From NCBI GenBank assembly GCA_020635655.1, contig JACJZI010000010.1, positions 12,800 through 76,799 of the forward strand: a stretch of DNA of 64,000 nt. Direction: 5' to 3'. This stretch comes from Flavobacteriales bacterium (lineage in GTDB: Bacteria > Bacteroidota > Bacteroidia > Flavobacteriales_F > PHOS-HE28). This document shows positions 35,421-44,214 of the stretch, in pieces (within the stretch, counting starts at the first letter, position 1; every line of letters begins with the position of its first letter). A model generated the notes under the pieces. That model had not been told where the DNA came from. It saw nothing but the letters and a program-made list of their open reading frames with translations, and did no database searches. The position numbers and the translations under genes were made by a program.

Positions 35421-36398
35421 TTACATGTCCAAGATATGGGCGAACATCAGGGGTGCGACGATCGTGGCATCGCTTTCAACGATGAAACGGGGCGTGTCGA
35501 TGTCGAGCTTGCCCCAGGTGATCTTCTCGTTCGGCACCGCTCCGCTGTAGCTGCCGTAGCTGGTGGTGCTGTCGCTGATCTGGCAGAAATAGCTCCAGAA
35601 AGGGATCTGCTCCCGTTGCAGGTCCTGGTGCAGCATGGGCACCACGCAGATGGGGAAATCCCCAGCGATGCCTCCACCGATCTGGAAGAACCCGATCCCA
35701 TCCGTGCCGCAATTGTCGGTGTACCAATCGGCCAGCCACATCATGTATTCGATGCCGCTCTTCATGATCTGCGGCCTGCAGTCGCCCACGAGGCAATGTG
35801 CGGCGAAGATGTTCCCCAGTGTGCTGTCCTCCCATCCGGGCACCACCATGGGCAGGTTTTTTTCCGCGGCCGCCACCATCCAACTGTCCTTCGGATCGAT
35901 CTGGTAGTACTGTTCGAGCACGCCACTTCGGATCATCTCGAAGAAATATTGATGGGGGAACCGACGTTCCCCGGCAGCCTGGTCCTTTTTCCAGAGGTCC
36001 ACGGCATGTACTTCCAAGCGGCGGAAGGCCTCTTCCTCGGGGATGCACGTGTCGGTCACCCGGTTCATGCCGCGGTCCAGCAGCGCCCGTTCCTCCTTCG
36101 GTGTGAGGTCGCGGTAGTGAGGAATGCGCTCATAGTGGTCATGGGCCACCAGGTTCATCACATCCTCCTCCAGGTTGGCACCGGTGCAGCTGATGATATG
36201 GACCTTGTCCTGACGGATCATCTCGGCGAGGATCCGTCCCAATTCACCGGTGCTCATGGCGCCAGCGAGGGTGATCATCATCTTCCGGCCCTTGGCGAGG
36301 TGTTCCTTGTAGGCCTTGGTGGCGTCCATCAGGGCGGCGGCATTGAAGTGCCGGAAGTGCCGCTCCATGAACTCGGAAATGGGCTTCGCGCTGCTCAT
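35421..36398 (-). CDS. Deoxyhypusine synthase-like protein (DHS family, probable polyamine / homospermidine-type enzyme).
   Basis: Full-length similarity to DHS recalled from motifs: MITLAGAMSTGELG, ISCTGANLEEDV, and NAD/spermidine-site-like GGIAGDFPI. Adjacent to arginine decarboxylase. Confidence 0.65.
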   Translation of the reverse strand: MSSAKPISEFMERHFRHFNAAALMDATKAYKEHLAKGRKMMITLAGAMSTGELGRILAEMIRQDKVHIISCTGANLEEDVMNLVAHDHYERIPHYRDLTPKEERALLDRGMNRVTDTCIPEEEAFRRLEVHAVDLWKKDQAAGERRFPHQYFFEMIRSGVLEQYYQIDPKDSWMVAAAEKNLPMVVPGWEDSTLGNIFAAHCLVGDCRPQIMKSGIEYMMWLADWYTDNCGTDGIGFFQIGGGIAGDFPICVVPMLHQDLQREQIPFWSYFCQISDSTTSYGSYSGAVPNEKITWGKLDIDTPRFIVESDATIVAPLMFAHILDM

Positions 36399-36494
36399 CG
36401 GGTTCGGGGGTCGAATATAGAGGCGGGTCGGAAATTGCAAATGGACGATCCTTGGAAATGGACCCCGGCAAAGGGGCCGTCCGCATCGGGTGCC

Positions 36495-37910
36495 CTATTT
36501 GCGCGCCATTTCGTGCTGCGGAAGGTAGCCCAGCAGTTCAAGCATCCGTTCCGCGCTCTGCTCCGGCGCGAAGACCCGATCGATGAGGTCGCCGCGCTCG
36601 TTCCGATCGAGCAGCACGTGCTTGGGCTTGGGGATCAGACAATGTTGGATGCCACCGAATCCACCGAGCGTGTCCTGATAGGCTCCGGTATTGAAGAATC
36701 CCAGGTATTGCGGACGGTCCTCCTGGAACCTCGGCAGGTAGATGGCGTTGATGTGCTGTTCACTGTTGTAGTAGTCGTCACTGTCACAGGTCATGCCACC
36801 CAGGAAGACCCGTTCGTATTCCTCGTTCCAGTTGTTCACGGGCAGCATGATGAACCGCTTGCTGATGGCCCAGGTGTCCGGCAATGTCGTCATGAACGAA
36901 CCGTCGATCATGTTCCACTTCTCCTTGTCGTTCTGCTTTTTCTGATTGAGGATGCTGAAGAAGGTGGCGCCGCTATCGCTCACGGTGAAGCTCCCGAACT
37001 CACTGAAGATGTGCGGCTCCACGACCTTGTTCTCCGAGCAGATATCCTTGATGCGCCCCACGATCTCGCCGATCATGTAGTCCACGTCGAAATCGAAATT
37101 GAGGCTGTTCTTGATCGGCAGTCCGCCGCCGATATCGAGGGTGTCCAGCGTGGGGCAGAGCTTCTTCAGGTCGCAATAGACGTTGACGCACTTGCTCAAT
37201 TCGTTCCAGTAGTAGGCGGTGTCGCTGATGCCGGTGTTGATGAAGAAGTGCATCAGCTTGACACGGAACTTCTTCTGCCTGCTCACCGCACCGAGGAAGA
37301 AGGGGATGATGTCCTTGTAACCGATACCGAGGCGGCTGGTATAGAACTCGAACTTGGGCGCCTCCTCTGCGGCGATCCGGATGCCGATCTCACAGGGGCC
37401 CTCGATCACCTCGTCCAGCTGGTGCAGTTCGGCCAGATTGTCGATGATGGGTATGACACGGATGCCCTTCCTGGTCAGGCGACCGATGTTGCGGATGTAC
37501 CGCTCGTCCTTGAACCCATTGCACAGCACGGTCGCCCCCTTGCCGATCTCGCCCCGCTCCATCAACAGTTCGATCATTTCGATGTCGTACGCGCTGCTGG
37601 TCTCCAGGTCCACGCGTTTCTTCAGCACCTGGTCGATCACATAGCTGAAATGGTTGCTCTTGGTGCAATAGAAGTAGGTGTACCCACCTGCGTACCGATG
37701 CTCCCGGCGGGCCTTCGCGAAGCCGGCCCGGGCCATGTCGATCTTTTCACCGATGCGGGGCAGGTAGGTGATCCGCAGCGGTGTGCCGTGCTTGCGGATC
37801 ACATCCATCAGGTCGATCCCGTTCCAGGTGAGCCGGTCGTCCTTCAGGCCGAACTCGTCCTTGGGGAAGTCGAAGGTCTGCTCGATCAGGTCGATATAGC
37901 GGGTCTTCAT
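36495..37910 (-). CDS. speA: Arginine decarboxylase (Bacteroidota-type biosynthetic ADC).
   Basis: 471 aa fold-III PLP decarboxylase. Blocks FYCTKSNHF, TLDIGGGLPI (PLP / Gly-rich) and GAYQDTLGGFG. Confidence 0.7.
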   Translation of the reverse strand: MKTRYIDLIEQTFDFPKDEFGLKDDRLTWNGIDLMDVIRKHGTPLRITYLPRIGEKIDMARAGFAKARREHRYAGGYTYFYCTKSNHFSYVIDQVLKKRVDLETSSAYDIEMIELLMERGEIGKGATVLCNGFKDERYIRNIGRLTRKGIRVIPIIDNLAELHQLDEVIEGPCEIGIRIAAEEAPKFEFYTSRLGIGYKDIIPFFLGAVSRQKKFRVKLMHFFINTGISDTAYYWNELSKCVNVYCDLKKLCPTLDTLDIGGGLPIKNSLNFDFDVDYMIGEIVGRIKDICSENKVVEPHIFSEFGSFTVSDSGATFFSILNQKKQNDKEKWNMIDGSFMTTLPDTWAISKRFIMLPVNNWNEEYERVFLGGMTCDSDDYYNSEQHINAIYLPRFQEDRPQYLGFFNTGAYQDTLGGFGGIQHCLIPKPKHVLLDRNERGDLIDRVFAPEQSAERMLELLGYLPQHEMARK

Positions 37911-38187
37911 TTCCGGATCGGGATGATGACGGACCTGTTCCGGAACGTGCTCATGGCAGCCCGGCGGGTCGGGAAGGAGAGGCGAATGGGGCCATGCGGA
38001 TGCCGGATGCGTTCACATGTTGGTCCATCGGCGATCACGGGAGCATGGCGGACATCGTCAGCGATAGGTGCGCGTGACGCGGAGGGCGCGCGGACCGATC
38101 GGTCGGTCGATCGTGCTGGGCTGGTGCATCTTGCCGCAGGGGCTTGGGAACAAATGTACTTCGGTGATCGATCGATGCGGTCCCGCT

Positions 38188-39249
38188 TCAGAGCCATCCT
38201 CGTTTCTTGAAAAGGAGGAGCATGATCACCACCAGTAGGCCCATGACCCCGAGCGCGAGAAAGTAACCATATCGCCACTGCAGTTCGGGCATGTAGTGGA
38301 AGTTCATGCCATAGACCCCCACGATGAAGGTCAGCGGAATGAAGATCGTGCTGATGATCGTCAACAGCTTCATCACCTGTCCCATGCGCAGATTGACGCC
38401 GGCGTGCCAGGTGTTCTCCAGGTTGGCCAGCATGTCCCGGAACGTGCTGATGCTGTCGGTGATGTATAGCGTGTGGTCCTGCAGGTCGTTCAGATAGCGT
38501 CGCGTATTCTTCTCGATCAGGTCGTTGTGCAATGTGTTCAGGCGCCCGGCCAGTTCCCGGACAGGCAGCACATGCCGGCTCAGCATGATCAACTGGCTGC
38601 GGATCTCCTGGATGGTGAGCAGGTCGTCCTCATCGGGACGCAGGCTGATCTTCCTTTCCAGTTCCTCGATCCGCCTGCCCAGATGCTCGACGACCAGGAA
38701 GTAATTGTCCACGATGACGTCGATCAGCGCATACAGCAGATAGTCCGCTCCTGACCGCCGGACGCGCCCCAGGTCGTTGCGGATGCGGTCGCGGATCGGG
38801 TCGAGCACGTCGCCCGGACGTTCCTGGAAGGAAAGCACAAGGTCCTTGGCCAGCACGAAACTGATCTGTTCGATCCGGACATGCGTGGCATCGGGGTCCA
38901 TGCTCAACATCTTGACCACCACGAACAGCTTGTCCTGGTACTCCTCGAGCTTGGGCCGTTGATCGAAGTTCAGCACGTCCTCGATCAGCAGCGGATGCAG
39001 GCCGAACTTCTCGGCGATGGCCGCCACGAACCGGTCGTTCTCCAGACCATCGAGATCGAGCCATCCCACCAGTCCATCGTGTGCGTTCGCGTCCAGGCCG
39101 GTGATCTGGTCGGAGCGTTCTTCGCTCACACCATCGGCATTGTACCAGAAGGCATGGACATGCCCCTGTTCACGCCCCCGATCGCCCACGGTGACCAACG
39201 CGCCTGGCGGAAGGCCGGCCTTTTGGGAGCGTCTACCGACCTTCTTCAT
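38188..39249 (-). CDS. corA: Magnesium/cobalt transporter CorA.
   Basis: C-terminal YGMNF (GMN motif) between two TM helices. 353 aa. Confidence 0.8.
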   Translation of the reverse strand: MKKVGRRSQKAGLPPGALVTVGDRGREQGHVHAFWYNADGVSEERSDQITGLDANAHDGLVGWLDLDGLENDRFVAAIAEKFGLHPLLIEDVLNFDQRPKLEEYQDKLFVVVKMLSMDPDATHVRIEQISFVLAKDLVLSFQERPGDVLDPIRDRIRNDLGRVRRSGADYLLYALIDVIVDNYFLVVEHLGRRIEELERKISLRPDEDDLLTIQEIRSQLIMLSRHVLPVRELAGRLNTLHNDLIEKNTRRYLNDLQDHTLYITDSISTFRDMLANLENTWHAGVNLRMGQVMKLLTIISTIFIPLTFIVGVYGMNFHYMPELQWRYGYFLALGVMGLLVVIMLLLFKKRGWL

Positions 39250-40147
39250 CCTGGAGGAGCTTCGTGACCGGTCCCGGGCCCTTGAAAGTGAGCGTGCGGT
39301 GCGGGTAAGGGATGTCGATGCCCTCCTTATCGAAGCGCAACTTGATCGAGCGGTTCAGGTCGTAGTGCATCACGCGCGCGGTCACCGGTTCGCGTGCCCA
39401 GACATAAGCACGCAGCACGAGACTGCTATCGGCGATGCTGATGAGGCGGACGGGCACCAGTGGGTCGCCACGTTCGAGCTCCTCCGCCGTCCGGCGGTCC
39501 AGGCAGTCGGGATGGGCCATGGCCTCCTGCTGCATCAGCGACATCGCCTGGTCCAGGTCGCTCTCGTAACTGATGCCGATCTCGATGAATTCGCAGGTGG
39601 CCTCGTCCCGGATCGTGCTGTTGGTGATGTTCGCATCGCTGATCGTGGCGTTCGGAATGATCATCCGTCGGTTCTCGAAGGTCAGGATCACTGTGTGACG
39701 CAGGGTGATGTCCTCCACTCTTCCGGCGGCTCCGTCACCCACCTGGATCAGGTCCCCCACGCGAAAGGGCTTGAAGGAAACGATGAAGATCCCACTGACG
39801 ATGTTGGCGAACGCCTTCTGCGCAGCGAACCCAAGGATGGCCACCAGGATACCCGCACCGGCGAAGAGCGTCAGGGCAAGATGCTTGATCGAGGGAATGC
39901 TGTAGATGATGGCGCCGAACGCGATCAATCCCACCAACAGACGCAGGGCATTGCGCAGGAAGCGGTAACGGGTCAGGTCCTCAGGCGTTCGGTCGCTATG
40001 CCGATAGGCCCTGCGCAACAGGGCATGCATCGAACGCTCCAGAATGACCGCGGCGATGATGATGAGGATGACCTTGCCGAGCAGGAGCAGGTTCACCCCC
40101 AGCTTGTCCAACAATTTCTCCACGTCGATCAGAAGGGGAATGCGCAT
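39233..40147 (-). CDS. Mechanosensitive ion channel (MscS family).
   Basis: Three N-terminal TM helices, then the MscS beta domain FANIVSGIFIVSFKPFRVGDLIQVGDGAAGRVEDITLRHTVILTFENRRMIIPN. Confidence 0.75.
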   Translation of the reverse strand: MRIPLLIDVEKLLDKLGVNLLLLGKVILIIIAAVILERSMHALLRRAYRHSDRTPEDLTRYRFLRNALRLLVGLIAFGAIIYSIPSIKHLALTLFAGAGILVAILGFAAQKAFANIVSGIFIVSFKPFRVGDLIQVGDGAAGRVEDITLRHTVILTFENRRMIIPNATISDANITNSTIRDEATCEFIEIGISYESDLDQAMSLMQQEAMAHPDCLDRRTAEELERGDPLVPVRLISIADSSLVLRAYVWAREPVTARVMHYDLNRSIKLRFDKEGIDIPYPHRTLTFKGPGPVTKLLQDEEGR

Positions 40148-40215
40148 GGGCCGTGATCGGACGCTCGGTCCGTTGCAAACATATCATCGGCCGGCCGTGC
40201 GTGGCATCCTTGCGA

Positions 40216-40944
40216 TCAGGACTTCGGTGTGTTGGCCGTGAATTCACGCAGGTCGGCATGGAACCTGGTGCCTCCGGTCACCTCGAGATGTTCGTGCCCT
40301 TTTCGGAACAGCCGCATGTCCCGGCCAAGCAGTTCGATCCCGCCCTCCTCCATGCGAAGACCGGACCCCTCGCGCAGGCCGAGCACGGGGACCTCCGGGT
40401 TCATCTCCAGGAACTCCGTGATCCGCTGGTCGCGGGTCTCTCCGCCATGGCCCTCCGGCCGCGCATCGGTATAGTGCGGGTTGATCTGGAACGGGACCAG
40501 ATGCATCGCCCGGAAGCTGGGCGGCTCGGTGATGGGCATGTCGTTCGTGGTCATGATCGTGGGGCAGGCCACATTGCTGCCGGCGCTCCAGCCGACGTAG
40601 CCCATGCCCTGCTGCACCCGTTTGCGAATGGTGCGGACCAGGTCGTTCCGATAGAGCTCCCGGATGAGGCGGAACGTATTGCCACCGCCCACTGCAACGG
40701 CATCGGCCGTGGCCAGGGCCGCTTTGGGGTCGTTCTCGCGATGCAGGCCGATCGTGCGGACACCCATTTCCTCGAACACGGGAGCCACCATCCCCATGTA
40801 CGCATCGAAACTGAACGTGACCGCGGCGAACGGAACGAACGCGATGGTTCGGCGACCATCAAGGAATTTGCTGAGATGTTCACGCGGCCATCCCAGAAAG
40901 GGTTCGCCGGGAAGGGTGCTGTTGCTGAGCAGGAGCAGATGCAT
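40216..40944 (-). CDS. pepE: Peptidase E (S51 alpha-aspartyl dipeptidase).
   Basis: VGWSAGSNVA carries the catalytic Ser (GxSAG) in an S51 context, with His in NPHYTD. 242 aa. Confidence 0.7.
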   Translation of the reverse strand: MHLLLLSNSTLPGEPFLGWPREHLSKFLDGRRTIAFVPFAAVTFSFDAYMGMVAPVFEEMGVRTIGLHRENDPKAALATADAVAVGGGNTFRLIRELYRNDLVRTIRKRVQQGMGYVGWSAGSNVACPTIMTTNDMPITEPPSFRAMHLVPFQINPHYTDARPEGHGGETRDQRITEFLEMNPEVPVLGLREGSGLRMEEGGIELLGRDMRLFRKGHEHLEVTGGTRFHADLREFTANTPKS

Positions 40945-40947
40945 GTT

Positions 40948-43200
40948 TCATTCCGACCCCATCGCCCCGGTGATGTGAAGTTCCAGGAATGCGGGGTCGC
41001 CGTCGGTGAAAATAACCACACGCCGATCGACCGGACCGGCGGCAGCGTGACCATTGAAGAGCACATGCACGGTGCCGCTCCCTCCCGGTGCGATCGGCGA
41101 GCGGTACAATTCCGCTGTGGTGCAACCGCAGTCCGCTTTGGCTCCGGTAAGCGTCATTGGCCGATCCCCATTGTTCCGGACGATGAAATCGGCCGATCGC
41201 TCCTCGCCGGGATGGAGAGGGCCCAGGTCGATCACCGGACGGGTCACGTGCAGTGCACCACCGGTACCCGCATACACCACCTGCTCGATCTCGATGCGGC
41301 GTTCGCGTGCAGCGGAGACACTGTACACCGAACCCTTCAGGTCCGAAAGCGCGTCGCTCACGCCCGCTGCCGATCGATCCTCTCCGTAAGGTGCCTTCAC
41401 GACATGCAGGCCGCCGCCGTTCCCGGCGGCCCCTTCCAGATAGGGAATGAACGCACCGTTCTCCGCTTTCCGGAGGTAGTTGATCATGCTCTGGACCCTG
41501 CGGAGCGATAGGTTCCGGTTGTAGTCGCTCTTGGCCAGTGGACTGGCGAAGCCACGCACCACCAGTTCGATCCGCTGGCCTTCGTCGAGCGCTTCCTTCA
41601 GCAGGCCAATGAACGCGTTCAACTGATCGAAACCGTGGTCCACCTCGTCCGCAAAGAACGCATCCATCGCGGCGAGCGCCTGTGGATCACCGTGCCGTGC
41701 TTCGTGGTAGTCTGGTACACGGTTCTTGTATGCTCGATAGGTTTCGGCATAGTCCATGGTGGTGAGCGTGTCCCAGGTGCGGGGATCGGGCCTGTCGTTG
41801 TCGAAGTAGAGGCGGATCGGCAGTTTCTCGCGCAAGCTCGTCAGGTGCTCTTGCGCCGCGGTGGAAAGCACCGGGACCGGGGTCGTGTCCGTTCGCGCGG
41901 TGATCTGCGAAGTGCTGTCCAGGGAAGGATAGCTGAAACGGTAGATGTCGTTGCAGCACGTCTCTCCCTTGTGCGCGAGGGATCCCACGCGGTTGCTCGT
42001 GAAATAGCCGCTCATCGTGGTCATGTCGAACGTGGGATAGAGATCGTTCGCGGGGCTGTTGAGCGGGAACATCCAGTTCTGTGGTTCGGAGAAGGAACCG
42101 CCCTGGTCCTCGCTCATGAAATTGTCGAAACCGCCCAGTCCGGGCAGGAAATCCGAACTGAAATAGAGCTTGTGCTGGACCACGTCATAGAAAGGACAGG
42201 TCTCATTTCCGGGTGTATTCACCGGTGGACCAAGAGGCATGGGCCGCATGACCCGGTCGCCTTCCAATTCGCCCCGCCAGATGTCCCTGCCACCGGTCCC
42301 GCCGGACGCGTCCGAAACAAAGAAGAGCGTCCTTACGCCGTCGATCACGGCCGCCATGGGTTGGGTCGTCGTCACTTGGTCGGACAGGCCGCCGAGCGGT
42401 GCTATCGTTCCTGACCGCTGATCCAGCACGAACAAACGGCAGGGGCCGACCCCTTGGCAACGCGTGAAATAGAAATACCGATGGTCCGCGCTCCAACACG
42501 CGTTCGCATTGTCACCGATCGCATTGATCCCCTGGTCCAGCGGTATGGGTGTTCCCCAACCTGGTCCTTCCGCTCCGCTCCGGTAGATGGCGGCGTGGTA
42601 GCTGGTCGTATCCGTCACCTCGTTCTCGGCGGTCAACTCACCCCGAAGCGAGGTGAAGACCAGCGCACCGGTGCTGTCCGTTCGCGCACCGAACTCGGTG
42701 TCATAGCTGTTCACCGGCTCCGGCAGATGTTCGATCGTCACCGCCTCCGGATGGGCCATCAGCTCGCGCGCAAGCCTGCAACCGGCGAGGCCGTTCCTGG
42801 CACGTTGCGCGTTGAACGAGCTCTTGTCACGCTCCTTGCGCAGCACTTTTTCCCATGTGCGCTCCGCCGCATCGTGATCGCCCGTGCACATCTGCATCTC
42901 GGCCAGCCAACGCATCGCCTCCGGATGCAGGCGCCCCATGTCCTTGTGCGCCACCTTGTCATAGTTGGCTGCGGCCAGCTCATATTGGTTGCTCTTTCGG
43001 CAAGCTTCGGCATAGGCCCATTGCAGCGACATCCGCCCCGGTTCGCGTTGCAGCGCCTCACCATAGAACCGTGATGCTCCGTAGTGGTCACCACGTTGTT
43101 CGGCGGCGTCACCCCATGCGGTCCATTGGGCTGTGCTTTGGGCATGGGTCACCAGGGGCACAAGCACCAGCAGGAGCGGATATGTCAGCTGCCGCCACAT
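40948..43200 (-). CDS. OmpA-family outer-membrane-associated protein. Domains in order: signal peptide, TPR-like helical region, PD40/TolB-type beta-propeller, OmpA_C peptidoglycan-binding domain, C-terminal DUF1573. Architecture is PorE-like.
   Basis: OmpA_C block IELVVRGFASPLAKSDYNRNLSLRRVQSMINYL. PD40-like repeats (HRYFYFTR, HKLYFSSDF). DUF1573 signature at the C-terminus (GEERSADFIVRNNGDRPMTLTGAKADCGCT). Start is 3 nt after the PorP/SprF stop. Confidence 0.75.
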   Translation of the reverse strand: MWRQLTYPLLLVLVPLVTHAQSTAQWTAWGDAAEQRGDHYGASRFYGEALQREPGRMSLQWAYAEACRKSNQYELAAANYDKVAHKDMGRLHPEAMRWLAEMQMCTGDHDAAERTWEKVLRKERDKSSFNAQRARNGLAGCRLARELMAHPEAVTIEHLPEPVNSYDTEFGARTDSTGALVFTSLRGELTAENEVTDTTSYHAAIYRSGAEGPGWGTPIPLDQGINAIGDNANACWSADHRYFYFTRCQGVGPCRLFVLDQRSGTIAPLGGLSDQVTTTQPMAAVIDGVRTLFFVSDASGGTGGRDIWRGELEGDRVMRPMPLGPPVNTPGNETCPFYDVVQHKLYFSSDFLPGLGGFDNFMSEDQGGSFSEPQNWMFPLNSPANDLYPTFDMTTMSGYFTSNRVGSLAHKGETCCNDIYRFSYPSLDSTSQITARTDTTPVPVLSTAAQEHLTSLREKLPIRLYFDNDRPDPRTWDTLTTMDYAETYRAYKNRVPDYHEARHGDPQALAAMDAFFADEVDHGFDQLNAFIGLLKEALDEGQRIELVVRGFASPLAKSDYNRNLSLRRVQSMINYLRKAENGAFIPYLEGAAGNGGGLHVVKAPYGEDRSAAGVSDALSDLKGSVYSVSAARERRIEIEQVVYAGTGGALHVTRPVIDLGPLHPGEERSADFIVRNNGDRPMTLTGAKADCGCTTAELYRSPIAPGGSGTVHVLFNGHAAAGPVDRRVVIFTDGDPAFLELHITGAMGSE

Positions 43201-43203
43201 GGG

Positions 43204-44214
43204 TCACAATTGGGCGGGACAGGCCTTGAAACGCGCGGGGACCGGTGCATTTCGGCGCAGGATCCGCGTAACGGTGAACTCGATCCCTCCCCGGTTCCGA
43301 CTGGCGGGCACCAGGTCGCTGAAATTGATGTCATAGCTGATACCCGCGGTCCAATCGTCATATTCCATCCCGGCATAGATGGTACCCGCGTCCGCAGCGC
43401 GGTACAATGCACCAAGGCGGACCGTGCGCAAGCTGGTGTACCGTTGTAGCAAGATGTACCGGACGATCGCCCCGAGATCCAGCTCACGAAAGGGTCCCTG
43501 GGCCATGTATTGGACCACGGGCAGCAGGTCGAATCTTTCTGCCACGGGAAAGCCGGTAAGGACCTGGAAGGATGTGCGCAGGTCGAGCGGCTCGGGAGGG
43601 GAATCCAGGAATCCGATCCCGGGACGCGTGAGGTTGAAGAAGGACAATCCCACCTCGATCACCTGTCGGTCCACGGGGCGGTATCGGTACCGGATGCCGG
43701 CGTGCAGGTCCGGATGGACCAGTCCATCACGTTGAAGGTCCTCGCCTGTGGACAAGGCCGGATCATAGTAGTAACCGTTGTATTGTGAATCGAATGCCAG
43801 TTCGTTCGGATCGAGGGTGATCGAGGTGAATCCGAACTGCAGACCTGCGGATACGGCCTGGCGCTGCTTGTCGAACGCACGGGAATAGCTGCCTCCGATG
43901 CTGAAGTGGAACGTGTTCAACCGGGCGTCACCGGTCCGATCATTGAAGATCCAGATGCCCGCTCCCAGCCCCTTCTTGCGCAGGAAGTTCGCAGCATCGG
44001 CACCCAACCCGAAGGTGCGATAGGGCCTGGTGACGGAACGCCATTGTTGCCGGTAGATGCCGTTGATGCGGTAGTCCCCATCGAAGGCACCAATGGATCC
44101 GGGCCCGTTCGCCAATGGCGTATGGAAGAATTGCGAGAAATGGATGTCCTGGGCATGGAGCGCGCCAATGGTAAGAAAGGATGCGACGAGGATGGACGCG
44201 CGCGACCTGGTCAT
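43204..44214 (-). CDS. T9SS membrane protein PorP/SprF family.
   Basis: N-terminus after the signal peptide, DIHFSQFFHTPLANGPGSIGAFDGDYRINGIYRQQW, is the PorP/SprF family signature. The start codon overlaps the upstream adhesin stop codon by 3 nt. Confidence 0.8.
   Translation of the reverse strand: MTRSRASILVASFLTIGALHAQDIHFSQFFHTPLANGPGSIGAFDGDYRINGIYRQQWRSVTRPYRTFGLGADAANFLRKKGLGAGIWIFNDRTGDARLNTFHFSIGGSYSRAFDKQRQAVSAGLQFGFTSITLDPNELAFDSQYNGYYYDPALSTGEDLQRDGLVHPDLHAGIRYRYRPVDRQVIEVGLSFFNLTRPGIGFLDSPPEPLDLRTSFQVLTGFPVAERFDLLPVVQYMAQGPFRELDLGAIVRYILLQRYTSLRTVRLGALYRAADAGTIYAGMEYDDWTAGISYDINFSDLVPASRNRGGIEFTVTRILRRNAPVPARFKACPAQL

Noticed and set aside
35319-38210. 963-aa ORF on the plus strand.
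   Set aside because: It lies antisense to the deoxyhypusine synthase and arginine decarboxylase genes, both of which carry clear enzyme motifs. Its composition (Gly/Ala/Val/His-rich, no motifs) is typical of stop-free antisense frames in 65% GC DNA.
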